Origin: Dimorphilus gyrociliatus | Lineage: Eukaryota; Animalia; Annelida | Direction: 5' to 3' | Assembly (NCBI GenBank): GCA_904063045.1 | Contig: CAJFCJ010000025.1 | Coordinates: 124,001 to 188,000, forward strand | DNA: 64,000 nucleotides | Part shown: positions 45,289-58,299 of the stretch, piece by piece | How the letters are laid out: the number at the start of each line of letters is the position of its first letter | Numbering within the stretch: the first letter of the stretch is position 1 | Notes under the pieces: generated by a model | Databases searched by the model: none | What the model was told of the DNA's origin: nothing | Seen by the model: only the letters and a program-made list of their open reading frames with translations | Translations under genes and position numbers: made by a program

Positions 45289-45510
45289 TAGTTCATATAT
45301 TTGTATAATTTCATTAAAGACAACAAACTAAGCAATACATTAAATTTATTACTAATAATGTATTAAGCACTTTTGAAGTGATCTTTTTTATTAACAGTAC
45401 ATCTTCTCCCTCTCAATTTATCTTAAGTGCCTTTCTCGGTAATTTTTATGATATACTCATTATCGTTCCTGAATGATTTTATTTTCTATTATATGGAAGG
45501 AATTTAGTAA

Positions 45511-46075
45511 TTAGGTGGGCAGCTGGTCTCCTGAAAGGGTTTTATATCCAGATTTAGCTACTCTTTCTTAAAGTAACAAGCAGATTCGTTTAACTACCAT
45601 ACTTTTAGGCTTATTACTTTATAATGCATTTAGATTATTACATATTGATTCACTAATTGAATTCTAAATCTCGGACTGTTTAATGTACTTAAGAACTGTC
45701 ATCGCTACCCTTTTAAGAGTTAGACTAAATGCTTGATAATTTCAATTGTAGTTAATAGTTTCAGTAGCTAAGCCTAAAACTATGTGTTTGTTATAAAGTG
45801 AAAAGATTAGAAGATAGAAAGAATTTAGATTGTTTGATGATTAATTCTAACAACATTAGTCATAGAATATTACTTTTTTTTGGTTTTATAAAAGCTACTC
45901 TTAAGGGAATCTTTCCATAGACAAATAAAACTCGAAGGATCTTTTCTATTTTTAACACTTCGATGATAAATTCTTTACAATAGCTTTATTAATAATAGTT
46001 TAATATACGTCATTTGGAAGCTTTTACCTTTTGCTTTTAGCACTTTATCGCCGGAATTCCGTTTAGTTTATTCTT
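45511..46075 (-). pseudogene. Possible decayed multi-exon gene of unknown identity
   Basis: Three consecutive GT-AG introns (46027-45973, 45873-45774, 45641-45567), all phase 1, join protein-like segments interrupted by isolated in-frame stops. Confidence 0.35.
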
Positions 46076-47338
46076 TATGGAGTGTTGTCAAAAATTTAGA
46101 TGAGTTTCAATAATGTTTTTTTTAGATAAAATAGAGAATAATTGCATATTCTCAATTATAAAACGTCTGTTTTAAACAAAATCGAGTTTAATATTACCAA
46201 GTTTATTAAGGTATATTCCATACCGACTAATTTGGCCTATATAAGCAATATTGAATGTTAATTGAAAGAAGGAATTATTTTGTACTTTTTTTTAATAGTT
46301 ATAAAAAGTACATATCTATTCTAAGTTCATACTATTTTCTCCTTTGATGATGATGTCATATACTTAATAGAAGACATTCTTTGGATAGTATTCTCTTTTA
46401 AAAATCTGGGAGTATTTTCAATGCCAAGGATCCTATACTTTACAGGGCATCCATTTTAGATTTTTAAAAGAATAACAAAGAGCTTATCTTCGTTCGAAAA
46501 GATTTAAATAAGCCACAGACTATTCTTATATATAACCCATATATTAAAAGTTTTTAAAGAAGATGTAAGAAAATTTTTAAATTGCTAGTTCAAATAACGT
46601 TTCTTTAAAAAATTCAGTTCTGATGTTTTAAAGAAATATCAACGCTTGTGTCTTCTTTTTGAAGAATAAAATTTCGAAATGTATACCAGTTTTTATTAGC
46701 GCGAAATTTGGCAAACGTATCCCGCGAATGGCATAATAGGAAGAGGTGAAATACACTTTAAGGTTAGTAAATCTTAGTAATCAATTATTTTCCATATCCG
46801 TCTTACAGTAAATTATTATGTAAATTAATTGCGACCATCTTCATGTTGTTAAAATCACCATAATAGTTGTTTTTAGTTACATTTCATTATAACTCTTTTT
46901 TCTGAATTTTTAGTATATTATCGCTCAATATGAATCTTCACAATTTCTACTCCGCTTGCTTCATTTTTTAAAATTTTGTTAACGATATATCAAACTATTG
47001 TGAAGAGTTGCACTAATAGGGCTCAAGTTTTTTTTTACAAAGTCAGGTTTTACTCAAATATTTTCCCACTTTCCAGCTAATCATTGATTTGTACTTATTT
47101 GAGTAGTATTTAATAGAGTAGTGCATAAAAACATCCAATACTAGTCTTATAACAAATCAGTTATCTGTTTACTTCAGTTTATATTGGAAAACCGTCGATA
47201 ATCAAATTCAGAGGGTACATTCGAGGTTTTCAAATATGGATGCAATGGTAGTTTCTTAAACTATCCGTTGATTCGTTTTAAACACTAAATATCGGAAACC
47301 GTCAATTCTAGTTTTAAATTTTTTGATTCGATCCTTAG

Positions 47339-50300
47339 ATGCCTAAAAGACAGCGTGTAGAAGTGGATTCGTCTTCCGATGCTGAAGAAAGACCCAAGAG
47401 ACATCGACTAGAGGTAAAGATAAATTAAACTGATATTTTTTTAATACAGCATAACTGCACATGTTTTTTATCAGAGTACTTCTAAAGCTACCCGTAGTGG
47501 GATTATTAATTCGATTGCGATTAAGAACTTCATGTGCCATGACAATTTCGCCATTAACAACTTCAGTGATAGTGTCAATTTTATAGTTGGAAGAAACGGT
47601 AGTGGTAAATCTGCTATCATTACGGCGTTAGTAGTTGGATTGGGCGGTAAAGCTAATGCTACTAATAGGGGAAACAGTGTTAAATCTTTAGTTAAAACAG
47701 GAAAACAGTTAGTTGCAATTTTCTTATTTTTTGAGAGTGAATGTTAAATTTCTTGAACGTTTAACAGACAAGCCAAAGTTGAAATATCGCTAGCAAATTG
47801 TGGTCCTAATGCGTATTGCCCTGACACTTACGGGGAAGAAATTATTGTTGAACGGATAATTTCGTGTAAAGGTGGTGGAAGCTACAAACTAATGAATAGT
47901 GATCGTTAGTATTATATTCTCTCATTTAATGTAATGCCACATTTTTCATTCAAATTACAGGTCAGTTAGTATCGAAGAAAAGAGATGAACTAGAAAAAAT
48001 ATTATTTAAATTTAGGGTCCTTGTAGAAAATCCTCTAGTGGTCTTGAATCAAGATGCATCTCGAAATTTTTTGCATTCAAGTCATCCTGCAGATCGTTAT
48101 AGGGTAGATCTTGTACTCTAAAATTACTCTAATAATTACACTGTTCATGATATAGTTATTCTACAAAGCCTCCTTACTTGAATCAATTGAAGAGCACTAT
48201 GAAAAAGCTGAGGAGTGGATACGAAAATCCAGAAAAACTCAAGATGAGAAAACTGAAGTAGATATTTACTCTTTTTTTATTTTATATCCTGCAATCTTTG
48301 TAATTCCGGTTATTAGTTTTTTCAAGAGCTTGCAAAAAAATTAGATGTGGCAACCACGAAATGGGAAGCTGTTAGTTCAATTGATAGTAAGTTCTTTTTT
48401 CTGTGAAGATATATTTTAAATGAAAAAATTTTGTTAGATTTGAAGGCTACAGAATTTGAATTAAAGAGAAAACTTGCTTGGTCACATGTTCACTCAAGAG
48501 CACAAGTAAGAAATTTAATTTGTTTTAAATGAATTTAATTATATAAATTTATTAATAAATTATTTAAGGAAACTAATCCATGGAGGAAGCAAATTGAGAA
48601 AGACGAAATTGCTTTGGAAAAGTTAGAAAAAAGAGAAAAGAGCTCAAAGGTAAATATGTCAACATATTTATCATCTCTATTTTTTATGAACATATGTTCC
48701 AGAAAGTAATAGCGGATGCTCTAGCCAAAAGAAATAATATAATGAAGGAAATGGAGGACCATTCTCGACAGATGACAAGCTGTCGACAAGAAAGAGATTT
48801 ACAACGAAATAAGGTAATGGAAAAACGAAGAGAAGCGAAACAAGTAGAAAGAGAACTGAGAGAAGCTGAAAAGCTGGAAAATGAAGCAAAGTTAGAATAT
48901 CGAGCTTTCAGGGGACAGAAGGAGAAAATTATGCAAGAGTTTGTTTTTAAAATAATTTAGGTTCTCGTTTAATAATTTCTCTTCCTAGGAGCGAAAGAAA
49001 TGTTGAAGGAGAGAAAAAGGCTCGAATGGATAAAATTGCTGAGTTGGAAGAGCAAAAAGAAAAACTTAATAGTGAGTTAAAGATAAGACAAAATGACAAT
49101 GAACAGTTTAGAAATGCTGTTGAAAAATGCCGTGAATTAGTTGCTCAACGGAGAATGGATGAGAATGCTGTAAAGTCTGAAATAACAACCCTGCATAATC
49201 GAATGAAAGATTTAAAATCCTCTGGTTCAAATTCAATTCAAAGATACGGATCGAATATTAGAGATCTTGTTATTGAAATTGATCGTTTGAATAATCTGGG
49301 AAAATTCACTCGAAAGCCACTTGGCCCTTTAGGTTCTTATATTTCATTGCCAGATATGAAGTATGCACTTGCCATTGAAAATTGCCTTGGAGGATTGTTG
49401 AGAGCTTTCGTTTGTAATAGTCATCAAGATGAGGTTTTAGTCCACAGACTGATGAAAAAGCATAATGTTAAAACAATGGTGATCACTGGAAAATTTCTGG
49501 TATTTGTTTTGGTTGTTATTTTTTTTCGACGAAAATTAATAATTTTCTTTTTTTGTTGTAGAGCCAAGTTCATGATGTCAGTAGAAATGTAAGTATTCTT
49601 TTAATGTTGAACATTAGACATTAAAGAGTTATTTGTTCTTAAATTTTAGAAACCTTCTTCGCCTTATCCAACCGTTTATGACGTTATCGAGTGCAAAGAA
49701 CCCGTAGTCATGAATTGTTTCATCGATCAGAGTCGTATTGAGTCAGTTATCTTGATTGAAACAAATGAGGAAGCTAGAAATTACATGAAGAGACCCAATC
49801 GGGGTGTACTTGTGGGATATTCTTGCCAAAGTGGGGATCAACTGTATCCTTCTCCTAACTATAAATATTATGCAAATAGAAATGAAAATGTCCATTTTCT
49901 TGTAAAGGATGTTTCAACTCTAATTCAACAAACTGAACAAGATATAAATCGATTTACCAGGAAATACGAACAAATAAGAAGAGAGCGGATTATGAAGGAT
50001 GAGGAACTCAAAAAACAGCAATCAGAACTGGAAAAAGCAAGAAAGCAGCAGGATGAAACTCAAAAATATTTGAGACGTTGTCAAAATTCCCTGAACGAAC
50101 TAAACATGACTGAAGAGCAAGACATTCCTAATATTGATGAAATTGAAGCAGCTCTTACCGAAGCAGCAAAAGCTTTAGAACATTCCGCCCGAGAGAAGTC
50201 ACGTAAGCAAGAGATTTTTGACGAATTAGTTCGTCAAGAAGAGAGACTATCGAAAGTTCTTCTTGCCATGGAAGAAAAATTAAAATCTGATGGAGTCCAT

Positions 50301-51291
50301 TCAAAACAGGTAAATATGTTGGAAAAGCTATCTCCAAAGTATTATAATTTGATATTGTTTTATTGTTCATTAGAGAATACTGCAAGAACTGAGTGAGACA
50401 TACGAAAATAATGAAGATCAAGTTAAAAAAATTCAGGGACTTTTAAAGGAGAAGAAAAAGGATATTGACAATTGTAAAAAGCAGATCAAGAATATAGAAA
50501 ATGAAGTGGACGTAAGTTGAACTTTTTTTAAACTGTTCCTTGTTTGATTATTTGTAATTAAAAAAGAATATAAGTTGGTCTTTTTTTAGCAAATGAGGCG
50601 ACAAACCTTAGAAGTTTTTGAAGGAGAAGAAATTGAAACCAGAAGGAAGCCGTCAGACATAGAGGAAGAGATAAAAAAAACAGCAAAGAAAATTGACTTG
50701 ATTGAAAAGGAGCACGGGAATAGAAATATGGTTGAAAAAGAATATTTTAGACTTAAGAAAAAGTATGAGAAAATTAAAACAGAGCTTTCAGAATTGGACT
50801 TAACCCTTAAATCACTCAGTAATGGAGTAGAAATTGGGAAAATAGCAATAAATAATGGACAATTGAGAGCGTCAACAGTCTGCAAGAATGCATTTTTAGA
50901 GATGTCTCACAAACGTTTCAAAGACCCGAATATCACAATTGACCATTCGAATAAAACTATTGAAATATTTGTGGATGGTAAACCAGTTCGAAGTATGTCC
51001 GGAGGAGAAAGATCTTTTACAACTGTCTGCTTTGCGATAGGTCTGTGGGAAATAGTTCAATCTCCATTTCGTTGTTTAGACGAATTTGATGTATTTATGG
51101 ATATGATAAACAGAAAGACATCATTACAACTGCTTTTAGATGCTTATAAAAGAAAACCGTGCCAGTATATATTTTTAACACCATTAGCCGTTCAGGAGAT
51201 TTTGCCCAATGGCTTTCAGCCTAAAGTATATGAGATGAAAGCACCCGAAAGGGGTCATGACGATGACGATAAAGAAAATCGAGAAAATTAA
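47339..51291 (+). CDS. SMC6: Structural maintenance of chromosomes protein 6, multi-exon
   Basis: GIINSIAIKNFMCH, Walker A GRNGSGKS, coiled coils, hinge KPLGPLGSYI...AIENCLG, signature MSGGERS, and SMC6-type Walker B CLDEFDVFMD. Confidence 0.93.
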
Positions 51292-51703
51292 AAAGAAAAC
51301 CAATATACAAAGCAGCAGTTTAAAGTTGATGATTGCATGCGTTCATTCATATGTAAACAGTACATATCATTCTTTTCATTAGGATATTTGTTTATTGATT
51401 GATGCGATGTTACACATTTTTCATTTCCAAATTTGTTATATTAGTTAATTATTTTTTTAAGATCGACGTTTTGAGAATCTGATAAAGGCTAGATAATTGA
51501 TAACTCCCAAATAAATTATTAGTTTGATTGACAAATGGAGGAAAAAGGAATAAATGACCAACTTGAATTGTTTTTTATATAAATATTAATATCAATATGC
51601 CAACAACTGTATAAATCATAAGTGGGTATTGGATATTGATGGAATGCTCTCATTCCAGTATTGGCATGTCAAATGATTAGTGCCATTTTTATCAATTTCT
51701 TTC

Positions 51704-52161
51704 TTACATCTTGCTGAGTGGTTTATTTTTCGCTTTTTTTCTCTTAATCCTCTAGATGGACAAAAAAAATATAACCATGTATTATAAAGCTTTCAGGAAG
51801 AAAGAGTCGTAAGTACCTTAAATAAAAGTCTATTCCTAAGGGAATTCACTTCTTCTTCAATTCTCTTGTTCCCTAAATCGTCTTCATCCGGGAGGGATAT
51901 TGTTGCATTCACATTGGGTATACCTTTAAGTAGGTTTAATCTTTCCGTCTCCGCCTTTTCAAACGCAATTTTTGACGCTAAGTCAAATAAACGATTCTTA
52001 AATGCCGAAAAATCGGACGTTTCCGTGTCAGAAACGGCCATAGACGTAACAGACTTCCAATTAAGCTTATTTTTTGTCTGATTTATAGCAGAGTTCTCAT
52101 TGATGAAACTATGATTTTTCTCGAAGAAATTATCATTATCATACAGATATTTAACTAACAT
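51704..52161 (-). CDS. Small orphan protein, about 130 aa, 2 exons (52161-51817, 51751-51704)
   Basis: 115-codon open exon with natural-looking helical composition. The phase-0 intron AAG|gtactt ... ccatctag| adds the basic tail RIKRKKAKNKPLSKM*. Confidence 0.55.
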
Positions 52162-52216
52162 TTTATTGGTCAATATCTCAAAATATTATAGGTTATTCTA
52201 ATTATTTAAATAGATA

Positions 52217-52224
52217 TGACGTCA
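52217..52224. promoter_or_regulatory. Perfect CRE palindrome TGACGTCA upstream of the small orphan gene
   Basis: TGACGTCA lies 56 bp upstream of the ATG at 52161, followed on the minus strand by TATTTAAATA. Confidence 0.45.
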
Positions 52225-52321
52225 GTCCCTTTACTATAATAGAACATTGAGTTAGAGAGTGTATTGAAATTTAAGAAATAGAGAGAGAAGATAGATTTCC
52301 TTTAAATTGTTACAGCTAATT

Positions 52322-55017
52322 TTATTTCAACGCTTCAGCTTGGCTTTCGTGTTGTTCTTGTCTCGTTCTTCTAGATCTTCTAGCTCGAAGTTTTTCCTCG
52401 AGACCTGACTGCATTCTAGCTTTATTTATGTCCTGGGCTTGCTGTAATTCTTTCATTTCTCTTTCGTGCTGTTCTTTAAGGCGTTCAACATCACCAAACA
52501 ATAATTCCATATTTGGCGCTGGAGCTAAATCTTTGGTAGACATTTCTTTTGGATCGTTTGACTTGTCGTCAACTGATGGTGCTAAATTATCAGCGTCAAT
52601 TGTTCCACCAGGTAGGTCGACAACAGACACATTATCAGCTTCAGCCGAATGCGCATTAATCTCTTTCTTATCCTCATCTATAAAGTCGTCATCTGCAATG
52701 ATTTAAAAGAGAAATATTATATTCCATTAAAGTTATGAATATGAAAAACAGTAAAGTTAATTTATCTAGTTCTGACGGCAGAGAATTTGGTATGTTAATC
52801 AAAGAAGAATTTGTCAAAAGATAGTTAACATTGAAAATAAAAGCCCAGAAGCTATTAGTCAAAAAGTTTGTCAATTATAGTTTGTTAACGCTACTTACTA
52901 TTTGAACCTGAAAAATACAGGGATTGTATAATGTGCTTCCTAGGAAATATCTTGCCATAAGGCCTATATTTATATCTTATATTTATATATGAGGAAATAC
53001 TGACCATCAAAATCAAAATCATCGTCAACGTCTTCTCCTGCTACTTCCTTAACTTTCAGTTTAATAAGAAAAATTCTCTCCTTTCTTAACGCTCTCTGTC
53101 TATCATTGAAATATTCGGTTTGTCTTGTTAAATCCTTACAGATGATATTATCAATGACGTGGTTAAACCATTGTAGTAATGCAGCCGCCTTATTATGAGT
53201 ATTACTATAACACTGCAATGCTGCTAGATGTCTTTGAGGATTATATGCATCATAGTATACATTATTAGCAACACCGGTCAATTCAGACATCTCTTTTTCA
53301 GTACAATAGGGAAATTTAATAGTTTGCAAATAGTTTCTTGCATTTGTGATATTTTGATTAGCAGCAATAACATGGTTTCTAACTTCTGTTACCATATTAA
53401 ACTTAACGTTGTGTGGTAAATTATATAATTGTTGCCATCTACTAACGGCATGACCTAATTGAGGAACAGCGTGTTTCAATAATTCCCTTGCATTTTTCCA
53501 CTTGTATAGTGCAATTGATATTCTTTGCTTCTGCTCCATAGCCAGGTCTACTTGCGTTTCCAATTCGTATTCCCTATCCGAACCGTACTTTCCGTTGAAT
53601 ATTCCAGCCAATAGTTCATCCATTTCTGTATAGATAAGCTGAAGTCTTTCAGCTTCGACTTTTATTTCTGATAGTTCCTCTTCAATAATTTCTTGTTGTT
53701 TATTTGCATTGTTTAAATCTTTTCTAGCGATTTCTTGTTTATTTAATGCTTCGAGATATTCTCCTTCCTCCTTCGATAATTGATTTTCAAAGTGATCTTG
53801 ATTTTGGAAGAACGAACGAACAGATGGATTTTGCATTTTTTCCACATCAGCCTTTTCTTTAGCCCTATCGTATAAATATTCACAATTATATCTCCTTAAA
53901 TGAATAATGGGAGATAGATTTGACGTAATCCATAAGGATTTTACATTGATGAATTTCGAGGAAAATGCATGATAAAAGTAATTAAAAGTAACTTACGTAT
54001 TCCTAATGGATTTATCATATTCGGCTCTTAAGGCTTTAATTTCCTCTTGTTTTCTTTGATATTCGCTGTTCTTTTCCTATAAGACAAAATATTAACTTGT
54101 AGTAATACAATCTATCTGTTTATTATCTATTAAGGCGATCAGTTAAGTCTCTAGCTTTACCTGGTAAGATTTGAGTACATTCCTGGCCTCCAGTTTTGTG
54201 CACTCCTTATCTAGAGCGGCGTATCTTTCTAAAATGTTTCTATTTATGGCAACGGGTTTAATCTGCATATTAAAAACAATATATATTATATTATTAGGAG
54301 ATTATGAATCATAAGCAGGAAACTGTATTTTATAGTATCAATAGGTTTTGTAAGGAATAGAGAAGAGGATAACAAATCGTACAATCTAGTTATAATGTGA
54401 ATAGTTGTCATAATCTTTAGGTATTCATAAAAAGAACAAAATATAAATATCACTTACCTCTATATCTGTTTGCTCTTCCGAATAGTTTGTCCTTGATTGG
54501 TGTGAGTTGTTTGCCTAAGTTTTAGAGAAAATAATTAATATATTTAGTATATTAATATATTTGAAGCAGACGCTAACGTATTGTAATATCATACATGATG
54601 AATAATTATAGGCCAAATACAAATAATAGACATAGGTATGAACGGAGTTTAAACTAAGTTTACTTTATAAGTAATGCTTCTATATGGAAGAAAGTCACCT
54701 TATGCTCAAAAGGTACTAATATATTTTAAGATGAAAAGATAACAATTGCGTTACTATGCTTCTCTTCAAGATGAATTTAACAAAATTATGAATATATAGA
54801 AATAGTATAAGCAATTTTATTGCATGCATGCATCATAGCATGTTATTCTTCTGTATGATAAGAGATAGAGCGCTATTCAACACCCATATAATCTTTGTAT
54901 ATAATTGCGATGTTTAGGATATTAGATCATAACGATTGGTGAAAAATGAATATTTACCGCTGGTTTAGTGGAATGGTAGGTTGTTGTTCCTGTATCTGTA
55001 CTTGATCCGCAACCCAT
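52322..55017 (-). CDS. Uncharacterised coiled-coil protein with N-terminal MGCGSS acylation motif, about 509 aa, 6 exons (55017-54958, 54514-54458, 54262-54161, 54076-53997, 53864-53005, 52692-52322)
   Basis: All five introns are GT-AG and phase-consistent, 1530 nt in total. Long heptad-rich segments, acidic linker, C-terminal LEEKLRARRSRR. Confidence 0.8.
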
Positions 55018-55124
55018 ATCGTTCAATTTCAATTTCAAGGTGCTATTTTAAAATATAAAAAGATAAATGCCAAATAAACCTGGTTGGTTTCTGTTTACTA
55101 GGTTTTCAACCGACGTCAACACAG

Positions 55125-55137
55125 GTTGCTAAGTGAC
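55125..55137. promoter_or_regulatory. RFX X-box-like element GTTGCTAAGTGAC
   Basis: Imperfect GTTGC...GTGAC palindrome about 110 bp upstream of the coiled-coil gene ATG. Confidence 0.45.
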
Positions 55138-56096
55138 GCTTCAACAAACAATACACTAGGCTTAATTCTCTTTACAAGATCCAGCTATTTTATTATTCGT
55201 ACTTTTTAGTAACCTAATAGACAAACTGAATAAATTATTACGAGTGTGATGTTTGTTTAGATAAAAAATTTATTGTTGAGGTAACCGTTAACATTAGCAT
55301 ATTATCTCATGTACTAATTTCCTTAGTAAACTGGACTAAGGGGAGTAATAGCAACAAAACAGATATTAAACTTCCGGTTAATACCTGAAAAGGGGAATTT
55401 TGCAATTACGATATGTAATATAATCATAATTGTATAAAAAATATAACTCTATCGTCATATGGCTAAAATGACTAAAAAGGGAATATATTAATATATAGAT
55501 CCTCTTTACCATTTTTATCTCAAGCTAAAGAAGGTGACGTTTTAATATCAATCAGTTTTAACAACATTACATTTTATTAATGTTATGAAAGGATAAAATT
55601 GGAAACATTTCTTTAAATAGCTTCTATATATACGGAATAAAAGTATGAAAATAGACTATCTCTAGAATATTATTGTAATATAGTTTGTTAATAAACGACA
55701 AACCTTCTTTTCTTTTTCAATCATTGTTAATGAAATATAGGCTATATATATATATATATTGTTTGTTTATAGTTTTGTCAGTTTTGCCAAAGAAATAGAA
55801 TTTTTATCTCGTAAATAATAATTATATTTACTATAATATGACATTGGATGATTGTTTCTTGAAAAAAGTCACTATTTTCCAATCAATCAAATGATATTTT
55901 ATACTCGGAGGAAATTTTTTTCTCTAATTAAATCAATTGGTGGGAAGAGGACAAGATAGAGAAAGAGAGAGAGGGAGAGAGAGAGAGAGGCGAACTTTTC
56001 TTTTTATTTTATTAGTTTGAACTCATAATGAATGGTTTATTTATAAGAAGATTATGCTCTTTTTTCATCATAAAAGTACACTTGTCTCTATTTATC

Positions 56097-56100
<4 letters not shown>

Positions 56101-56128
<28 letters not shown>
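56101..56128. repeat. (TA)n microsatellite
   Basis: About 14 TA units. Confidence 0.9.
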
Positions 56129-56134
<6 letters not shown>

Positions 56135-58299
56135 ACATTTAATCTACTTTCTATTTGCCTTGATTCAAAGTAAGAGTAATGTACTCGTTAAAAAATACTT
56201 CACTCTCTTGACTCCTTTAACATTGCCAAAAAAAACACTACTATTTTCCGATAGAATGAATAATTGAATGACTTTCTTTCATTTACGCATCTTAAATTTG
56301 GGAAAATAGTTAAGATATTGCGTAAATAGTGCAAAAAGAAGAAAAAATAGACAAAACTTAAGCCTATAAAATAATTCTATTAGTTTTGATTTCTAACGTT
56401 ATTCCATTCCCACTTAACATTCAGTCATACTCTCTCATTACGTATATTGCAATATAAAACTTTTTCTAAGAAATTACTTTTTTATTTCAAGCACGATAGA
56501 TGGCAGTAGTTTTTTTTTCAAAACTGATAAGTTCTAAGTAATAGATACAACTTTTTCCTAGTTTGTATATGTATATATATATATATATATATAGATAAGA
56601 AAACAAAAATAAGAGAGATTTTCTATATTTATACTAGTACTCTACTACGAAATTAAATGAATGAATATTTTTCTAAGAGATAAAACAGTTGTGACAAAAC
56701 CTTAGCTGATATAGAAATTTTCTATTCATAAAAAAATAAAATTTTTATCAGAGAGAGAGAGAAGTGGAGACGAACAGACAGAGAAAGAAAAAAAGAAAGA
56801 AAGGCAAGAGAATTGGCAACCATTCAATGAATTTTTTAACTACATTTGAATTGTATTGTAGTAAATTTTTCAACATATTTTACAAGGAATATTAATTAGG
56901 TTAAAAAAAAATAAAGATTCTAGTAATTTAATTAAAAAACTAAGAAAATATTAAATCTAACCATTTGTAGGTGAACTATTAAAAAATATGGAATAATGAA
57001 TATGCAAATACTTTCTTTTTATCTCTTTTTGAAAGTTTTATTGCCAAGAGTAGAATGATCTCCTGTAATAAATCAATATACTGTATATAAGTTAAGTATT
57101 TTTATACTTTATAAAGACATTAAAATTCATTATTCCGCTTATGGGAAAAGAGACTAAAGAAATGTATATATCTACTTTAAAACAAAATTAATTTGACAGA
57201 AAGCTTATGTATACATTTAAAGAGAGAAAATAAAAGTTTGTTACTTTTTCCCGCCTTCCCCCTCTTCCATCCCCTCGCTCCCAAAAGAGTCCAATATTTC
57301 ATCGTATTTATTAAACTTTCGACAGATTCATAAAAAGAAAAGGAGAGAAAAAAAAACAGTATGGCAAAAGAGTCTTAGTCGGAGCCTAAATATGTCTCTT
57401 GAGAATAAAGGAAAACATTGATTAATTATGTCGTCTAATAGCATTCCTCCATCTTAAACAATCGAAGTTTTATTGATGAATATATACATATATAAACAGT
57501 ACAAATTTATGTATATACATCTTTACTGAATACACCAATATATAGAATATTCACTGTGTAGCTATACATAAGTAAATGAAAAAAGCAAATATACTATTCC
57601 ATATATTAAGAATAAACTAATACTTAGTATATATAATCTACTGTAATCTCTCCCGACTATAATATAGTCTCTTCTCAGCTCCTCAACCTAAATATAGATA
57701 AGAGGAGGAATATTAGTTTTTCCTGAGTAAAACGTCAATTAAACGATTCTTATTCATGAATTAATTAACTTTTGATAAAATTGCAATTAATTAAAGCAAT
57801 TATTTAAACAACTAGGGAAAAGTTGTTAATTCCTATTCATAGATTTACAACTTGAAGGTCAAATTCACTAAACTAAAAGTCAATAAACGCTGATACTATA
57901 CGATAGATTATTACATTGGGCTAAAAGATGAAGAATATCAGTCTACTCGAGAATTTGTTACCTAGCAAAAGGAATAGTCAGATAAGGAAAGTCACTTTTT
58001 CTAATGAATTGGAATAAGAATTGCTTTTAAATGAGGGATAAGCTAGTTTAAAGAATTCGTGTTGGGCAGGGAGGAAAGAGAATAAGGTAAAATGAAGCGC
58101 CCCCTATTGACTTCGTTGTATCGTATTTTTAAGGTTATTAAATTAAGGAACTAGGAACTTGTCTTACTGTTAATTCAAACGTGACTGTAATAAGAAGAAA
58201 AATAACGAGATAATAAAATTACAATCTGCATGTATTATTGAACATGTTGTTTCTCTTTTTTTTTGTTATTTGTTTCTTGAAAATACAATTGGAATTAAT

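Noticed and set aside
57900-57965. YYIGLKDEE, reminiscent of a C-type lectin motif
   Set aside because: Short, bounded by stops, and no other lectin exons found.
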